A DNA stretch of 64,000 nucleotides from Phaeosaccion multiseriatum (taxonomy: Eukaryota > Protista > Ochrophyta, other classes). The DNA lies in assembly GCA_965112735.1 (NCBI GenBank), contig OZ218951.1, positions 1,488,001 to 1,552,000 of the forward strand, read 5' to 3'. Position 1 is the stretch's first letter, and the number at the start of each line of letters is the position of its first letter. Position numbers and translations under genes: made by a program. This document shows positions 14,188-26,200 of the stretch, in pieces. The notes under the pieces are model-generated. The model did no database searches. It saw nothing but the letters and a program-made list of their open reading frames with translations, and was not told the origin of the DNA.

Positions 14188-15328
14188 TGAGTAGTGTCAT
14201 CGATGACGGCAAAAGGTCAGTGAGAGCACCTTCCTCTTAGGAGGGATGACTCAGAAAACACCTTTCTCTCACTGGCTGAGGGTGGGAGATATATACGGGG
14301 GGTCAGGACAGGGAGAGGAGGGTCATGTGTATGACCGAGTATCTGACGGTTTCACTTGGCTAGAGAGGTGCCGGGTCAAGGCTGCGAGAGCGTCTGGCCC
14401 TGACTCTGCTGGAGAGGTGAGCGAGCGTCTGAAGGAGCGGGAGGGACGGGTGGAATCTGAAAAGGAATTATGTTATGTGTTGTGAGTGTCGTGGTCGTTG
14501 GAGGCTGCAGCGTGTGAAGGGAGAAGGGGAGGGAGAGGGTAGAGGGGGTGGGCTGTGATCCCTGTGAGCTGTGAGGGGCATGCATATGTCAACGAATCTG
14601 GAGCTGAGGACGGTGAGGTCGGGCCCTGTGCTGGGGTTTGGTGTGCTAGTGTCGTATCCATCGCAGTAGAGTGCAGCTGCCTACTCACTGTATTGGTGTA
14701 GAGGGAAGCTGCCTGCTCATCTCGGACTTTTTCAAGAATCTTATGTGAGTGGGTGATGAATGATAGCGTACTTGCTCAACCGTCTTTTGGCGTCTCGCGC
14801 ATACTTAAGAAACGCGAATGGCGTGTACCCATGAGGCCCCTTTGTGCAGAAGCAGGCCCATGCACCCAATCGACCGCACAGCACAACCCCCTAAAGGTGG
14901 CATCCGATGCCCATGATGCGTCTCCTGTGGGTATGTTTCTTCCAACAACACCTCTGCTCCCTCTAGACCCTGTTCCAAGCTCGTTTCCCCGCGGCAATGC
15001 GCTTCTCAACCAGCACCGTCGCAGTTCGGAAGTTTTGCCCCGTGCCCTTGCCCTTGGCCTTCTCTCGACGGCCTGCTGACAACAATCTCAGAGATAGCTC
15101 GCAGAGAAGAGAAGCAGCCCTTCCGTATTCATCGCCCTCCTTCCCGAGGGCTCTCTCGCTCGTAAAGTCGCTTGCCCATCACGGCCTGCCTCTCTAAGAG
15201 CGTGTATCAGGGGTCTGTGAGACCCGCCGGCTCGGAGCCCTGTATTGGTTGTTCCCCCCCCCGGGGGGAACCAATGTTTATAACCATTCTGCACCTCTTC
15301 AAAAGGTATTCGCTCTGCCCCAGGGAGC

Positions 15329-18300
15329 ATGATGATGTGAGTTCTTCCCCAGCAGTAAGCTCACTGAGCTGCCCCTCGGCTCCTGTTTCCTGATTCCTGG
15401 CGTGTGGCTCATCCTCCCCGTTCTGAGCTTGTCGAGTTATCCTCCCCCTTGCCGAAGTGCTTGATTTGTAGAATTAGGAGCCCCGCCCCTCTTCGCTCAC
15501 CGCACACCCCCCTCTCTAATACCTCAACGCTCTCTTTCGCTCTCTTGCTCTCTTGTGCTGTAACTTCTGCCTTGAGTACTCATCCTCCTCGTTCTTGAGC
15601 CATTGCTCCCTTTTACGAAGTGTTTTATTAAGTGCCCTTGCCTTTTGCCTCTCTACCCGCAGCGCCTTCCCCTCTCTGTCGCCTCAAGTCTCTGTTCGCT
15701 ATACTCTGCTCGCTCTTTCGGTTTTATTCCACTGTGTGACTACTGGCTTGAGTGTTGCTCCACTCTTCGTCTTGAGCTATCCGCTCCCTTGTCAAAGCGA
15801 TGAGAGCCCTTTTGCCTCTGCCCTCCTCTCTCTTCCTGCCCCGTGTTACCGTCGCTATGCCTCCACTGTCTGCTTCGCTCGCTCTCTTCTACTATGACGG
15901 ATGTCTTACACCTGCAGGCCATCCGATACGAGTGCGGAGCGGGAAGACCAGCAACGGATAGAGGAGATTATGCTCCAACTGCCCGAGTCCCCATGCCTCG
16001 CGTCCTTCCTTGACACCCACGCAAGCACCATCATGACCCTAATTGGTGTGGACGCCATTCGGGCCCAGGACCCTCTCACGGGCGCCATAATGTTCGAGGC
16101 CGGTGACGAGGAGGCCCGTCTTCATGAACCTGTTCTACTGTGGGAGACTCGCTCCATCGGCCGCTCCTTTGGAGTGCTGCACGGGCCCCTGCGCGCATAT
16201 GCGTGCATATCGAGCGAGAGCATGAACCTGGTGCTGACGAGGCTATCAAGAGCGCACGAGATTCAGAAGCAAGCAGCAGCGTCAGAGGGCGGGGAAGAGA
16301 AACCAAGGTCGGAAAGTTCTTTCTCTGCCTTCCTCGAGCAGGCCAAGAAGGAAGTACGTCCCTGGAGTGCGCGGGACCTTGGACTCATCTCCATCCTTGG
16401 CGATCACATGCTGGCTGCTATGAACACCAGAATGCTGCAGGACGTCAAGCAGGCGTTGGTGGAGAGCAACCTGCAGAGAGACGCCGCGGAGGAGATGAGC
16501 CGAACCGATCACGAGGTACGCAGTGGCTTGAGCAAATAGTGCTGCTTACTGGACCAGCTGTCACCACTACTTGATGTCTTCTGCCCTCCGTACCGTCATT
16601 CGCAATCCTCCCTACTCGTGTCACCCTCCCAATCCTGTCTACTGCCTCCCCCCGGCCACCCCTTTTGCGTCCACCCTCCCTTGTGCCTGGCGTGACAGTT
16701 CTTCGCGCACATGAGTCATGAGCTGAGGACGCCCTTCCACGGTGAGTTCAAAACTTCAGTCGCTAACGTAGTCACTCCCTTCCAGCTCATCACGCCCTGT
16801 CTCACTTTCTTTTTTTACTCAGACTCGATACACCAGCTGACTCGCTGTTCTCACCTCTGTCTGCTTCCTCTCCTCCTTTTTCGTTTCGCCACGAAGGAAT
16901 CATGAGCGCGATTCGAATCGTCCGTGAAGATCCAAGCATGAGCGAAGTAGAGCGGAGCGACTTTCTGGACACGGCCTTGCGCAGCGGGGCCACCATGCTC
17001 CAAACACTCGACAACCTTCTCAACATCGCCAAGCGCAAGAACGAGGTGCAGTGGAGCCTAGACCTATCCGTGTCTTTTGTCTTCCCAACTCGTGGCTGTG
17101 TGTCACTCCCATTTGGCATCCTCTTGACTTACTTCGCCCCTCTTGTTGCTTGTATATTGCCCTACATCATCGAAGCCGCCCGAAGCAAGCAACTTCAGAT
17201 TGGTCGCCATCGTGTCCAGTGTAATGGACGGCATGCGAAACTTTGCCAGCCTCAAGGGTATCACCCTCGAGGTCACGTACGATAGCAGCGCCAACGAAAC
17301 CGTGCGAGGGGACCAGGTCGGGCTCAGGCAAATAGCGTCCAACCTGGCCAACAACGCCGTCAAGTTCACGCCTACTGGCGGCCGGGTGACGGTGACTGCG
17401 GGCCTTTGCGACACGCTGACGGAGGCAATGGAACGGTGGCATTCTGCGGCTCAAAGCTACGCATCCTCCAGGATTCCTGATGCTGCGCCAACCGAGGCAC
17501 CCAGCCCTACGCAGGGCGGCAGCTTGAAGTGGTTGATGCTTACGGTGACCGACACCGGCTGCGGTATCCCCCGTGACCAGCTGGAGCGCGTTCTGGCGCC
17601 GTACGTACAGGTGTCCAGCGGGCCCACCAAAATGTATGAGGGCACTGGGCTGGGTCTGCACATTTGCAGGCTCGCCACACGCGACATGGGAGGCTACTTG
17701 GGAGTGGCATCAGAGGTGGACAAGGGCACCATGTTCTGCTGTATGGTGCCCCTCGAAGTGGTGGCTCCGGAGAGTGTCGATGTGACCGTCGAGTCTCTTC
17801 CTCACACCGCCGAGAAGCCCGACCTGTCCAGAAGCTACCTCATCGTGCTGGTCGATGACAGCAAGACCAATGTCAAGCTCGCCTCCCGTCAGATTGTGCG
17901 CGCTTTGGGCAGCAACACGGAGGTGCTTACGGCGGACAACGGCAAGGCCGGCTTTGAGCTGGTGCAGCGGTTATTCGAGGAGGGGCGCGTCATTCACGGA
18001 ATATTCATGGACTACCACATGCCCGTCATGTCCGGGGCGGACTGCATCGCTGCCATTCGCCGCTTCGAGGCTGAAACTGAAATTGGCGGGCGGCGGGAAA
18101 CCCCCATCGCAGCATTCACCGCAGACGTGACGGAGAAGTCAAAGGACGCGCTTCTTGAATCAGGAGCCACAACCATCATCTCGAAGCCTGTGGGCAAGCA
18201 TGACATCGAGGAGGCATGTTTCGCAATGGTTTCTGCCACAGCGCCCACGGAGCCTGAGGACAAGAAGCTGCCCGCCCCGCCCCGCGATGAGCAACTTCCT

Positions 18301-18591
18301 GCCCCGGCCAGTGGTGAGCAACTTCCTGCCCCGGCCAGTGGTGAGCAACTTCCTGCCCCGTCCAGTGGCGAGTCACTTCCCGTTCCACCCAGTGGTGAGC
18401 CCCTGCCCGCCCCGGCCAGCGAGGAGCCACTCTCCGCATCAGGGAGCACCCCGGCCAGTGGTGAACAACTGCCCGCACCGCCCAGTGCTGAGTCACTGCC
18501 CGGCTTGCCCAGTGGTGAGCCTTCACGACCTCGTACACCCCCACGGCCGCGGCGAAGGCTACGAAGGAGACCGGAATGCATCTGCTCCTGA
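15329..18591 (+). CDS. Hybrid histidine kinase copy 1: PHY-like domain - HisKA - HATPase_c - receiver - Pro-rich repeats - polybasic/CaaX-like end. Exons: probable 15329-15336, then 15918-16515, 16699-16741, 16897-17045, 17176-18591
   Basis: H-box FFAHMSHELRTPFHG, N-box NLANNAVKFT, G1 DTGCGI, G2 GTGLGL, receiver VDDS...FMDYHMP...SKP. N-terminal PRSESSFSAFLE..K.EVRPW resembles the PHY tongue PRxSF. The start micro-exon ATGATGAT|gtgagt is inferred from its conservation with copy 2. Confidence 0.85.
18268..18520 (+). repeat. 27-bp coding tandem repeat (LPAPASGEQ-like, about 9 units) in the kinase C-terminal tail
   Basis: gagcaacttcctgccccggccagtggt repeated, with degenerate copies. Confidence 0.9.
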
Positions 18592-19209
18592 TGAGGGGAT
18601 GCGTGTTTGTGAAGGGCCAACGGAAACCGCTTTGTATCTCAATGTATCTTTGCCATTTGTCCATCCTTGCAAATGGAGGCCTCAGCTTTGACAGAGGCCT
18701 CCGTTCCACCATTCTTTTCAGAGATTTCTTAGCCAGTGGTAGTGGAGCGTGGTAATCTCTGCCCCAGCGGTGTGCCCGGGCCGTCTTGAAGAGCAAGCGA
18801 CGACGACGACGACGACGAGGAGGAGGAGGAGGAGGAGGAGGAGGAGGTGGAGGAGGTGGAGGAGGACGAGGTGGAGGGGAGGGGACGAGGACAGAGAAGC
18901 TCCCCCACTCCTGCTTATGCCGCGCCGATCTGAACAATCAAACAACGGACACGCCTCCTCTTCCAAAGTACGTTGAGAGAGATCGCTGCTTTCATTCAAT
19001 GTTACTAAGGAGGACCCCCTCCTCTCTCGTCCTCATTCCCTTGGTTGCCGGATCCACCCACTCACGCACATGTCCAACATCGCAGTGTTGATGACACTCT
19101 TTCATCAGACGGACCGACGGACCGACGGGCCGATCGGTCGGGGACCGATCGCACTGATATTCTGAGTACTGGCAGCCATTCCTCCCTTCCACCCCCTGTT
19201 TCTGACTTC

Positions 19210-19976
19210 TTACCCGCCCATGGTATCGTTTGTGAAGCGCGGAGTGAGGTTCCGGCTCTTGCGGTGGTGGGAAGAGGCCCCGGGGGGTGTCAGCCCCCCG
19301 CCCCTCGCCCTCGCCCCAACAGGCCCCTTGGGACTCCGAACACCCCCGGGGGCAGGACCGCGAGGCTTGGAAGAGGTCGGCGAGTAGACATGCAGGCTGG
19401 CATCACCTCCACCTCCACCCCCACCTCTCCAAAGCTCCCCCTTCTCCCCCCCCGCAGTGCCAGTGGCGTTGCCACCAGTGTGAGTGCCAGTGCCCCCCCC
19501 CCCTCCCCCCTCAAAGTAGTCTCCGTGAACGAGGTAGGTGGTCGGTTTGGCATGAAGGTCCGCCTCACCCAGAGAGAACTCGGTGAGGAGGTTGAACAGG
19601 GCACTCTCCAGCACCAGCCCCAAAGTGGCCTGACAGCCTGGTGTCAGGACGGCCGCCTCTGTCTGCTCTTGTAACGCCAACTCCTGCATCCTGTGGTCGT
19701 CGAGCTCGTTGTGGTCGTTGCTGGTGTTGTTCATTCCATATGCCTCTGGACTGGTCACGCTGATGGGTGGGGGTACACGTCTTGCCTTGGGACTGCGAGG
19801 GAGCTGTTTGGTGTCCTTGGGTCGCACCCCACCACGCGGGGACACAGATACAGCCGTTGGTGCTACAGCGGCCCCGGAAGTGGCACTAGGTGTAGCAGCA
19901 GCGAGGAGAGCCGCGTCGGAGGAGGGAGCCCTGTGAGCCCCGCCTCCTCCTCCTCCTCCTCCTCCTCCTCCTCCTC

Positions 19977-20010
<34 letters not shown>

Positions 20011-20041
20011 TTGCCGCTTCGCCACAGCAGCTGGCGTATCA

Positions 20042-20079
<38 letters not shown>

Positions 20080-23000
20080 TGCCGCTGCTGCGGCTCGTGC
20101 CTGCGCCTCTCGCTTGTGCTCATAGACATCCAGCCACTTCTCTAGGGCCGCCATGCTCTCGTCTGGGACTTGCATCAGCAGGTCTCTCAGTCGGAGTGTA
20201 TCTTTCTCCTCCTCTGTCACCAAGTCACTAATGGCGTAAAAGACGCCCGCCAGAGGCTCCCGCTCCACCACCTGCGTGCGGTTCCGGGGGCCCATACGCG
20301 CCGAAACCTCCACACCAAGCTCCTGAAACCTCTGCCGCAGACGGAGGCCGGTGATGGACACGTCCTGCCTGCACTCAAATGGCAACAACGACGACGATGA
20401 TGAAGAACCAACGAGTGGTGCTGTTGCTGCTGCTGGTTGGCCTGCTGGTGGTGCGAGGGGCCCGTACTGCAGGGCATCTGTGAGTCGGTCCAGTATAGGC
20501 CGCCGAAGGAGCAACTCTGGATAGAAAGGCACGCGCGGGCCCGTGGATGATCCCGTGGATACTTTATCACCCTGATCCTTACGCTGACCCTGACCCTGAC
20601 CCTGATTCGGCGACGACCCCCCTGGGGAGGGCACAAGGTCCTTCTGCTGCATGGTTTCCCGCACCTCATCCAGCCGCACCACCTCCCCCAGCAGACCGCT
20701 GAGGACGCCTTTCATTAAGTCAGCGAATGTGCCATCCTGCGCCGCTGCAGCAAGCTCTTTGCGTGTGGCTCGGGGGGGGGCGGTGGGGGGGAGGGGGAGC
20801 GTAGCGGGGCCATCTTCCTCTTGACCTTGACCTTGACCCTTTGGCCCGCTCTGCTGCTGCTGTTGCTGTATCACCAGCTGCTTTTGCTGATGGTGGGCGA
20901 GGGCGAGAGCGGCCACGCTGGCGCTGCCGTCTTGCGGGATGAAGCGTCGCTCCTTCGGAATAAGGGAGTGCCGCAGAGAGGAGGAGGAGAAGGAGAAGAA
21001 GGAAGAAGACGAACTAGAAGGCCCAGAAGGACGGACCCAAGAAGAAGAAGGAGGAGGAGGAGACGAAGCACCGGACCACTCTCCCCCACCGCCCAGCGGA
21101 GAAGGCGTAGCAGCAGTAGGAGCCATTGGTGGTACGGCGGCAGCCACAGCACTGCCGGCCTTGTTGCCGCCCGCCCCCTCCTCCTCCTTGCCCTCTTTGC
21201 GAAAGAGTGTTCGAAACGCCTCCTCCGTCACAATCTCCCCGAGGAGATGAAGCTGAAGCAGCGCGCATGGCGGCCCCGTGGGTACACCCATACCGCTCTG
21301 TTCCACCCCCTCAGAGGCGGAGCTGCCTGCCGTGTGCACGCCGCCCCTCTCAGAGATGGCAGTGGATGTTGTGGCCGACACCGCCGAGACTCCTCTGCGC
21401 CCCACCCCCCTCGTTCCTCCTCCTCCTCCTCCTCCTCCTCCTCCTCCTCCTCCTCCTCCTCTGCCTGTTGATACTCTGCCATGACCGTCACAGTTGGCTT
21501 CATCGTCCGTGGGGTTAGCACTCCCTGCGCTTTCCAACATCAGCCGACCCATGCCTGAGCCCCCCCCCGAACCTCCAGTCGACCCCGTCCCTCCTGCTGA
21601 GCCTGGGCCGGAACCTTGACCAGAGCCTGAGCCTATGCAAGAGGTGGGGAATTTGGCCTCTCGACCGAAGGGCAGGCGTGTCTGAAGCATGCACTCTGCC
21701 CTCGATGCGGTGGTCTTGCCCACCACGCTGACGTGTGCGCTATTGTTGGGAACGGACGGGACAAGTAGGAGAGTTTAGTAAGTCATCAAGTCCTTTCCTT
21801 CCAGCTACCGCACAACTCAGGTAGCTCATACAAACACATACACACACGCACACACACACACACGCACACACACACGCACACACACACACACACACAAATA
21901 CACACACACACACACACCTGTTTCCGATGGCGAGCATTGCCGTCTTTTGACTCGCCATCTTGGACTCAATCCTTGACTTGGGTTTCCGCGACTTGACGTT
22001 GCCCTGATCGTTGGGCACCTCCCTCACTAGGCACTTGATAGAGGAGCCTCCATCGTGGAGGAGTATGGGAGTGGAGATGTCGGCGTGCATGGTCAGCCGC
22101 AGCACCTGTGGATGACAATGGGTGGGTGGGTGGGTGGGTGCGTGGGTGGGTGGACAGGTGGGGTGAGTGGGTGGGTGAGTGAGTGGGTCGATGGGCGCGT
22201 GGGTGGGTGGGTAGGTGGGTAGGTGAGTGGGTGGGCGAGTGGGTGGGCGCGTGGGTGAGTGGGTGCGTTGGTGGACGGGTGGGTTGGTAGGTAGGTACGT
22301 GGGTAGGTGACCTGCAGCTCAGCCTACCACCTAAGGGTGATGATCAACACTTCTCCTCACAGACTACCATAGCACCAACACACCCACCAACATCCGAACG
22401 AACACACTATCCGTACCGTGTGGCCTGCCGCCTCCACCCTGCCCTTTGCGGGGGAGATGGTGATAAGTCCCGAGGTAAGGAGCGCGTTGGGGCCGGTGCT
22501 GTCGTGCTGCCAATCGAAGTCCACCGCAGCGTTGGGGATGCTGCGGGCGGGAGGGGAGGGAAGGAAGGAGCGAAGGAGGGAAGGAAAGAAGGAAGGAAGG
22601 AGGGAGGGAGGGAGGGAGGGAGGGAGGGAGGGAGGGAGGGAAGGAGGGAGGGAAGGAGGGAAGGAAGGAAGGAAGGAAGGAAGGAAGGAAGGAAGGAAGG
22701 AAGGAAGGAAGGAAGGAAGGAGGGAAGGAAGGAGGGAGGGAGGGATGGAGGGAGGGTGGTTGAGTTGGTGTTTGTGCCATTCGTGTCATTCAGTCAGTCT
22801 GTAGTATGGGATGAGGATGGCAGTGGATGGCAGTGGATGGGTGGGGCCGGGGTTGTACTTGGTCTAACCTGTTCCTGAGCACAAAAACTCTGTGCTCCTT
22901 GCCCCCCTGGGGCACCCTTCCGAAGTGAATTCTCTCTACGGACAGAGTGGCGGGTTGGCTAGGCACATAGATGACTTGGCGGGGTGGGGGCACAAGACCC

Positions 23001-23256
23001 GTGTGGAGGGGGGGCACGGCCTCGCTGAGGGAGAGAGAGAGGGTGGAGGAGGAGGGGGGGGGGGGGGGGGGGTGGGGTGGCAGTGGATGGTAGTGGATGG
23101 GTGGGACGGTGAGGAAGGAGGAGAGAGAGAGAGAGGATGAGACCTGCACACGAGGCCTTGCAAAGCCCCCGGTGGGTAGAGGGGCAGCACCGCAGCAAAG
23201 GGAAGGGCTTGTAGGCACCGCCCGTCAAGCGATTGGTTGAGTGACAGGCACAACAT

Positions 23257-23288
<32 letters not shown>

Positions 23289-26200
23289 ACACACACTCGC
23301 CGGGCGCGTTAACTCACTCCACTAACCTGTGAGGGTCCGAGCGTCGAGGGTCGTAACCCGTGACCCTGAGGCACACCCACATCTCCTTCTTACCCCATCT
23401 GCTGCCATCCCCTCCTCCTCCTCCTCCTCCTGTGGCCGCTGAATCACCAACGGCTCCAGACAGGGACGAGGATAGGGACATGAAGTGCTCCACTCCTGTC
23501 ATCTCTGGCTCGCCCCCCCCTCCGCCACCAACTCCTGTATCACCATATGCTCCACCCAGTGATGCTGATGTATCACCAAACATTGCCGTCTCACTGAGCG
23601 CTCCGGTTCCTGCTACTGCTGCATCACCAACTGCTGCTGCTCCTCCTCCTCCTCCTGCTGCTGCTGCTGCTGCTTCTTCGTCGGCCCGCCAGTACGTAAT
23701 CTTGAACTTGACCGACAGTTCCTTCGCCTCCAGGGGCATGAACCACCACATCAACGAGTGAGCCTTCCTACTTCCAATCACCCCCTTTCGACTCGACTCG
23801 TCCAACCGCAGCAGCGGCATGGAGGCCTCTGCCGCTCCGTAACCGCACGTTTCATTGAGTTTCTGTAACGGTGAAGTGTCCACCTCGAAGAACACGTCAC
23901 AGCCGCCAACGTTCATCAACTCCGTAATCTGCAGGGGAGCATCTTCCTGTGATGTTCCCAGTGCCACGGGGTGGAGTTGGTACTCCCCTACCACCTCCCC
24001 CTCCTCCCCTCCTCCTTCACCGTCCCCTCCCTCCTCTGGTCCTCCTCCTTCTTCTCCTCCTCCTCCTCCTCCTCCTCCGCTCTGATCACCCTCGGACCGA
24101 GACGACGCAGACGAAGTCAGAGAGCGAGCCAGAGGCGCCAACGTAGGCACTCGAAGCACGGGTTCGCCCCTTGCCAACGTGTGCCCTTGTAGGGTCAGCC
24201 AGAACTGCTTGCCCTGCCCCACCCTCACCAGACAGGAGAGCTCATGTCTGCCTTCGTGCTGAAGGGAGGAGAAGGCGTAGGAGAGGCGAAGGACACAGCT
24301 CTCTCCCGGGTCGAGGTGACCGTGACGGGGGAAAATGTCGAACACTTTGAGTCGGTCGATGACGTCATTTTGACGCAGCTGCGGTAGGGGAGGGGGTGAA
24401 GGGATGCAGGGAGGAAGGGAGGGAGGGGGAGGGAGAGAGGGAGGGAGGGGACGGAGGAAGGGAGGGAGGGACCGGCGGAGGGAGGGACGGAGGGAGGAGG
24501 ATGGAAGGGTATGGGCATGAGTATGGCCTCCATCCTCCTCACCACCATCGCGATCGCCACTCCTCATCCCTACGTAACCCCCCCCGAGTGGCTTGGTGTG
24601 TGCCACGCACGCGCGCAGACAGTCTATAAAAGAAAAGGAAGGAGTACGACTTGTAACATCCCCATCACCGCCTACCTCCTCCGGCGTTGGCTCCCCCTCA
24701 TTGGCCCATGTCTCCATCTCAATGTCCCTCTCGTTGGGCATGTGTAGACTGAAGTCACAAGCCAAGAAGCCGGGGTTGCAGAGCTCCAAGAGTAGCACTT
24801 GCTCAGTGCTGCCCAAGCAGGCCGGCACAAAGGGTATCGCGTACTTGGGCAAGCTGGCGATGTCCGGAGAGGACTCTTGATTGAAGGCCACCTCCCTCTC
24901 CGTGAGGGGCGCTGCCAGCATCTGATTCACCTCCGATAAGTGGAGTGCGTTCCACAAGTGAGGGGAGTCGCAACACAGACCCCCACCCTCCACGCGACAG
25001 TCTCTCACCACCACGCAAGGGAAGGAAGCTCGTCCGCTGACGGCACACTGCAGGGGAAGCACCTCCAATGGCTGCTGTACCACCAACTGCTGCTGCTGCT
25101 GCTGCTGCTGTCCGATCATTCGCTCCTCCTCCGCATCAACAACATCATCATCCTCCTCATCATCCTCGTCGTCCTCCTCTCCCCCCTGCCCATAGACTCC
25201 TCCTCCTCCTCCTCCTCTGCATCTCTTTCTCCGACCATCTCCACCCCTACGGCCGCCGCTTGCACGTCTTGTTGTCAGCATGAGCTCTGCTTCCCTTGCC
25301 TTGTTCCCGACCGCCAGCATCGACGCTTCGGCAGGGGGAAGCAGCACGGGCTTGCCGGAGGCGTCGACGGCACCGACGGCACAGAGGAGGGTCATCTCAT
25401 ATGCGCCGTTGAAGCCGGGCTTGAAGGTCAAGTTGGCCTGGTGGGAAGAACGGAGGAAGGAAGGAAGGAAGGGAGGGAGGGAGGGAGGGAGGGAGGCATG
25501 TGTGTGGGGGGGGTGGGGGAGGGGGAGTGAGTCAAAGCGCGCATCTTCAAGCAACCCATTCCTCCTCCTCCCCTTCGCTCTACTCCCTCCCTCCATCTTC
25601 CTTCCCCATACGCCTCTAATTGACTACCCATCCCCTACCCTCCCCTTTGTGCCTCTTCTCACCTCCGTGCGGCTTTTGGCGGGAAGCACTCCCCTTGGCT
25701 TGTCCACATATAGAGAGTCTACCCCCAGCGAAGTGGCGGCGGCGGGGGGCGTGAGCGGCAGAGGTCGGTGAGCAGGCCCGTCCTGACACTCAGCACCGAC
25801 GCCAAGGGGCAGTGGAGGACCTTCCTTGAGGACATATCTGTGGGGCAGGGGAGGGAGAAGGGGAAGAGCGGTCACTGGTCCGACACTCACTCACTCACTC
25901 ACTCACTCACTCACTCACTCACTCACTCACTGTCCTGACACTCACTCACTGTCCGGACACTCACTACTCACTGTCCGGACACTCACTCACTGTCCCTCAC
26001 TGTTCTGGCACTCCCTTCCTGTCCCGACACTCACTACTCACTGTTCCTGCACTCATTCACTCACTGTCCTGACACTTACTCACTCACTGTCCTGACACTT
26101 ACTCACTCACTGTCCTGACACTCACTCACCTCAGCTCATACGCGAGATCCCCCTCCGAGTTATTCACCATGATCACCCGACTTGACGCACTGGTATTCAC

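Noticed and set aside
15901-15917. ATG at 15901 as the kinase start
   Set aside because: Not conserved in copy 2; it lies between a branch-like site and the CTGCAG acceptor shared by both copies.
23143-23207. Possible extra CFAP65 exon ([10 protein letters not shown]...)
   Set aside because: Needs a weak GTCTCA donor and breaks phase; a single intron 23326-23025 joins in frame.
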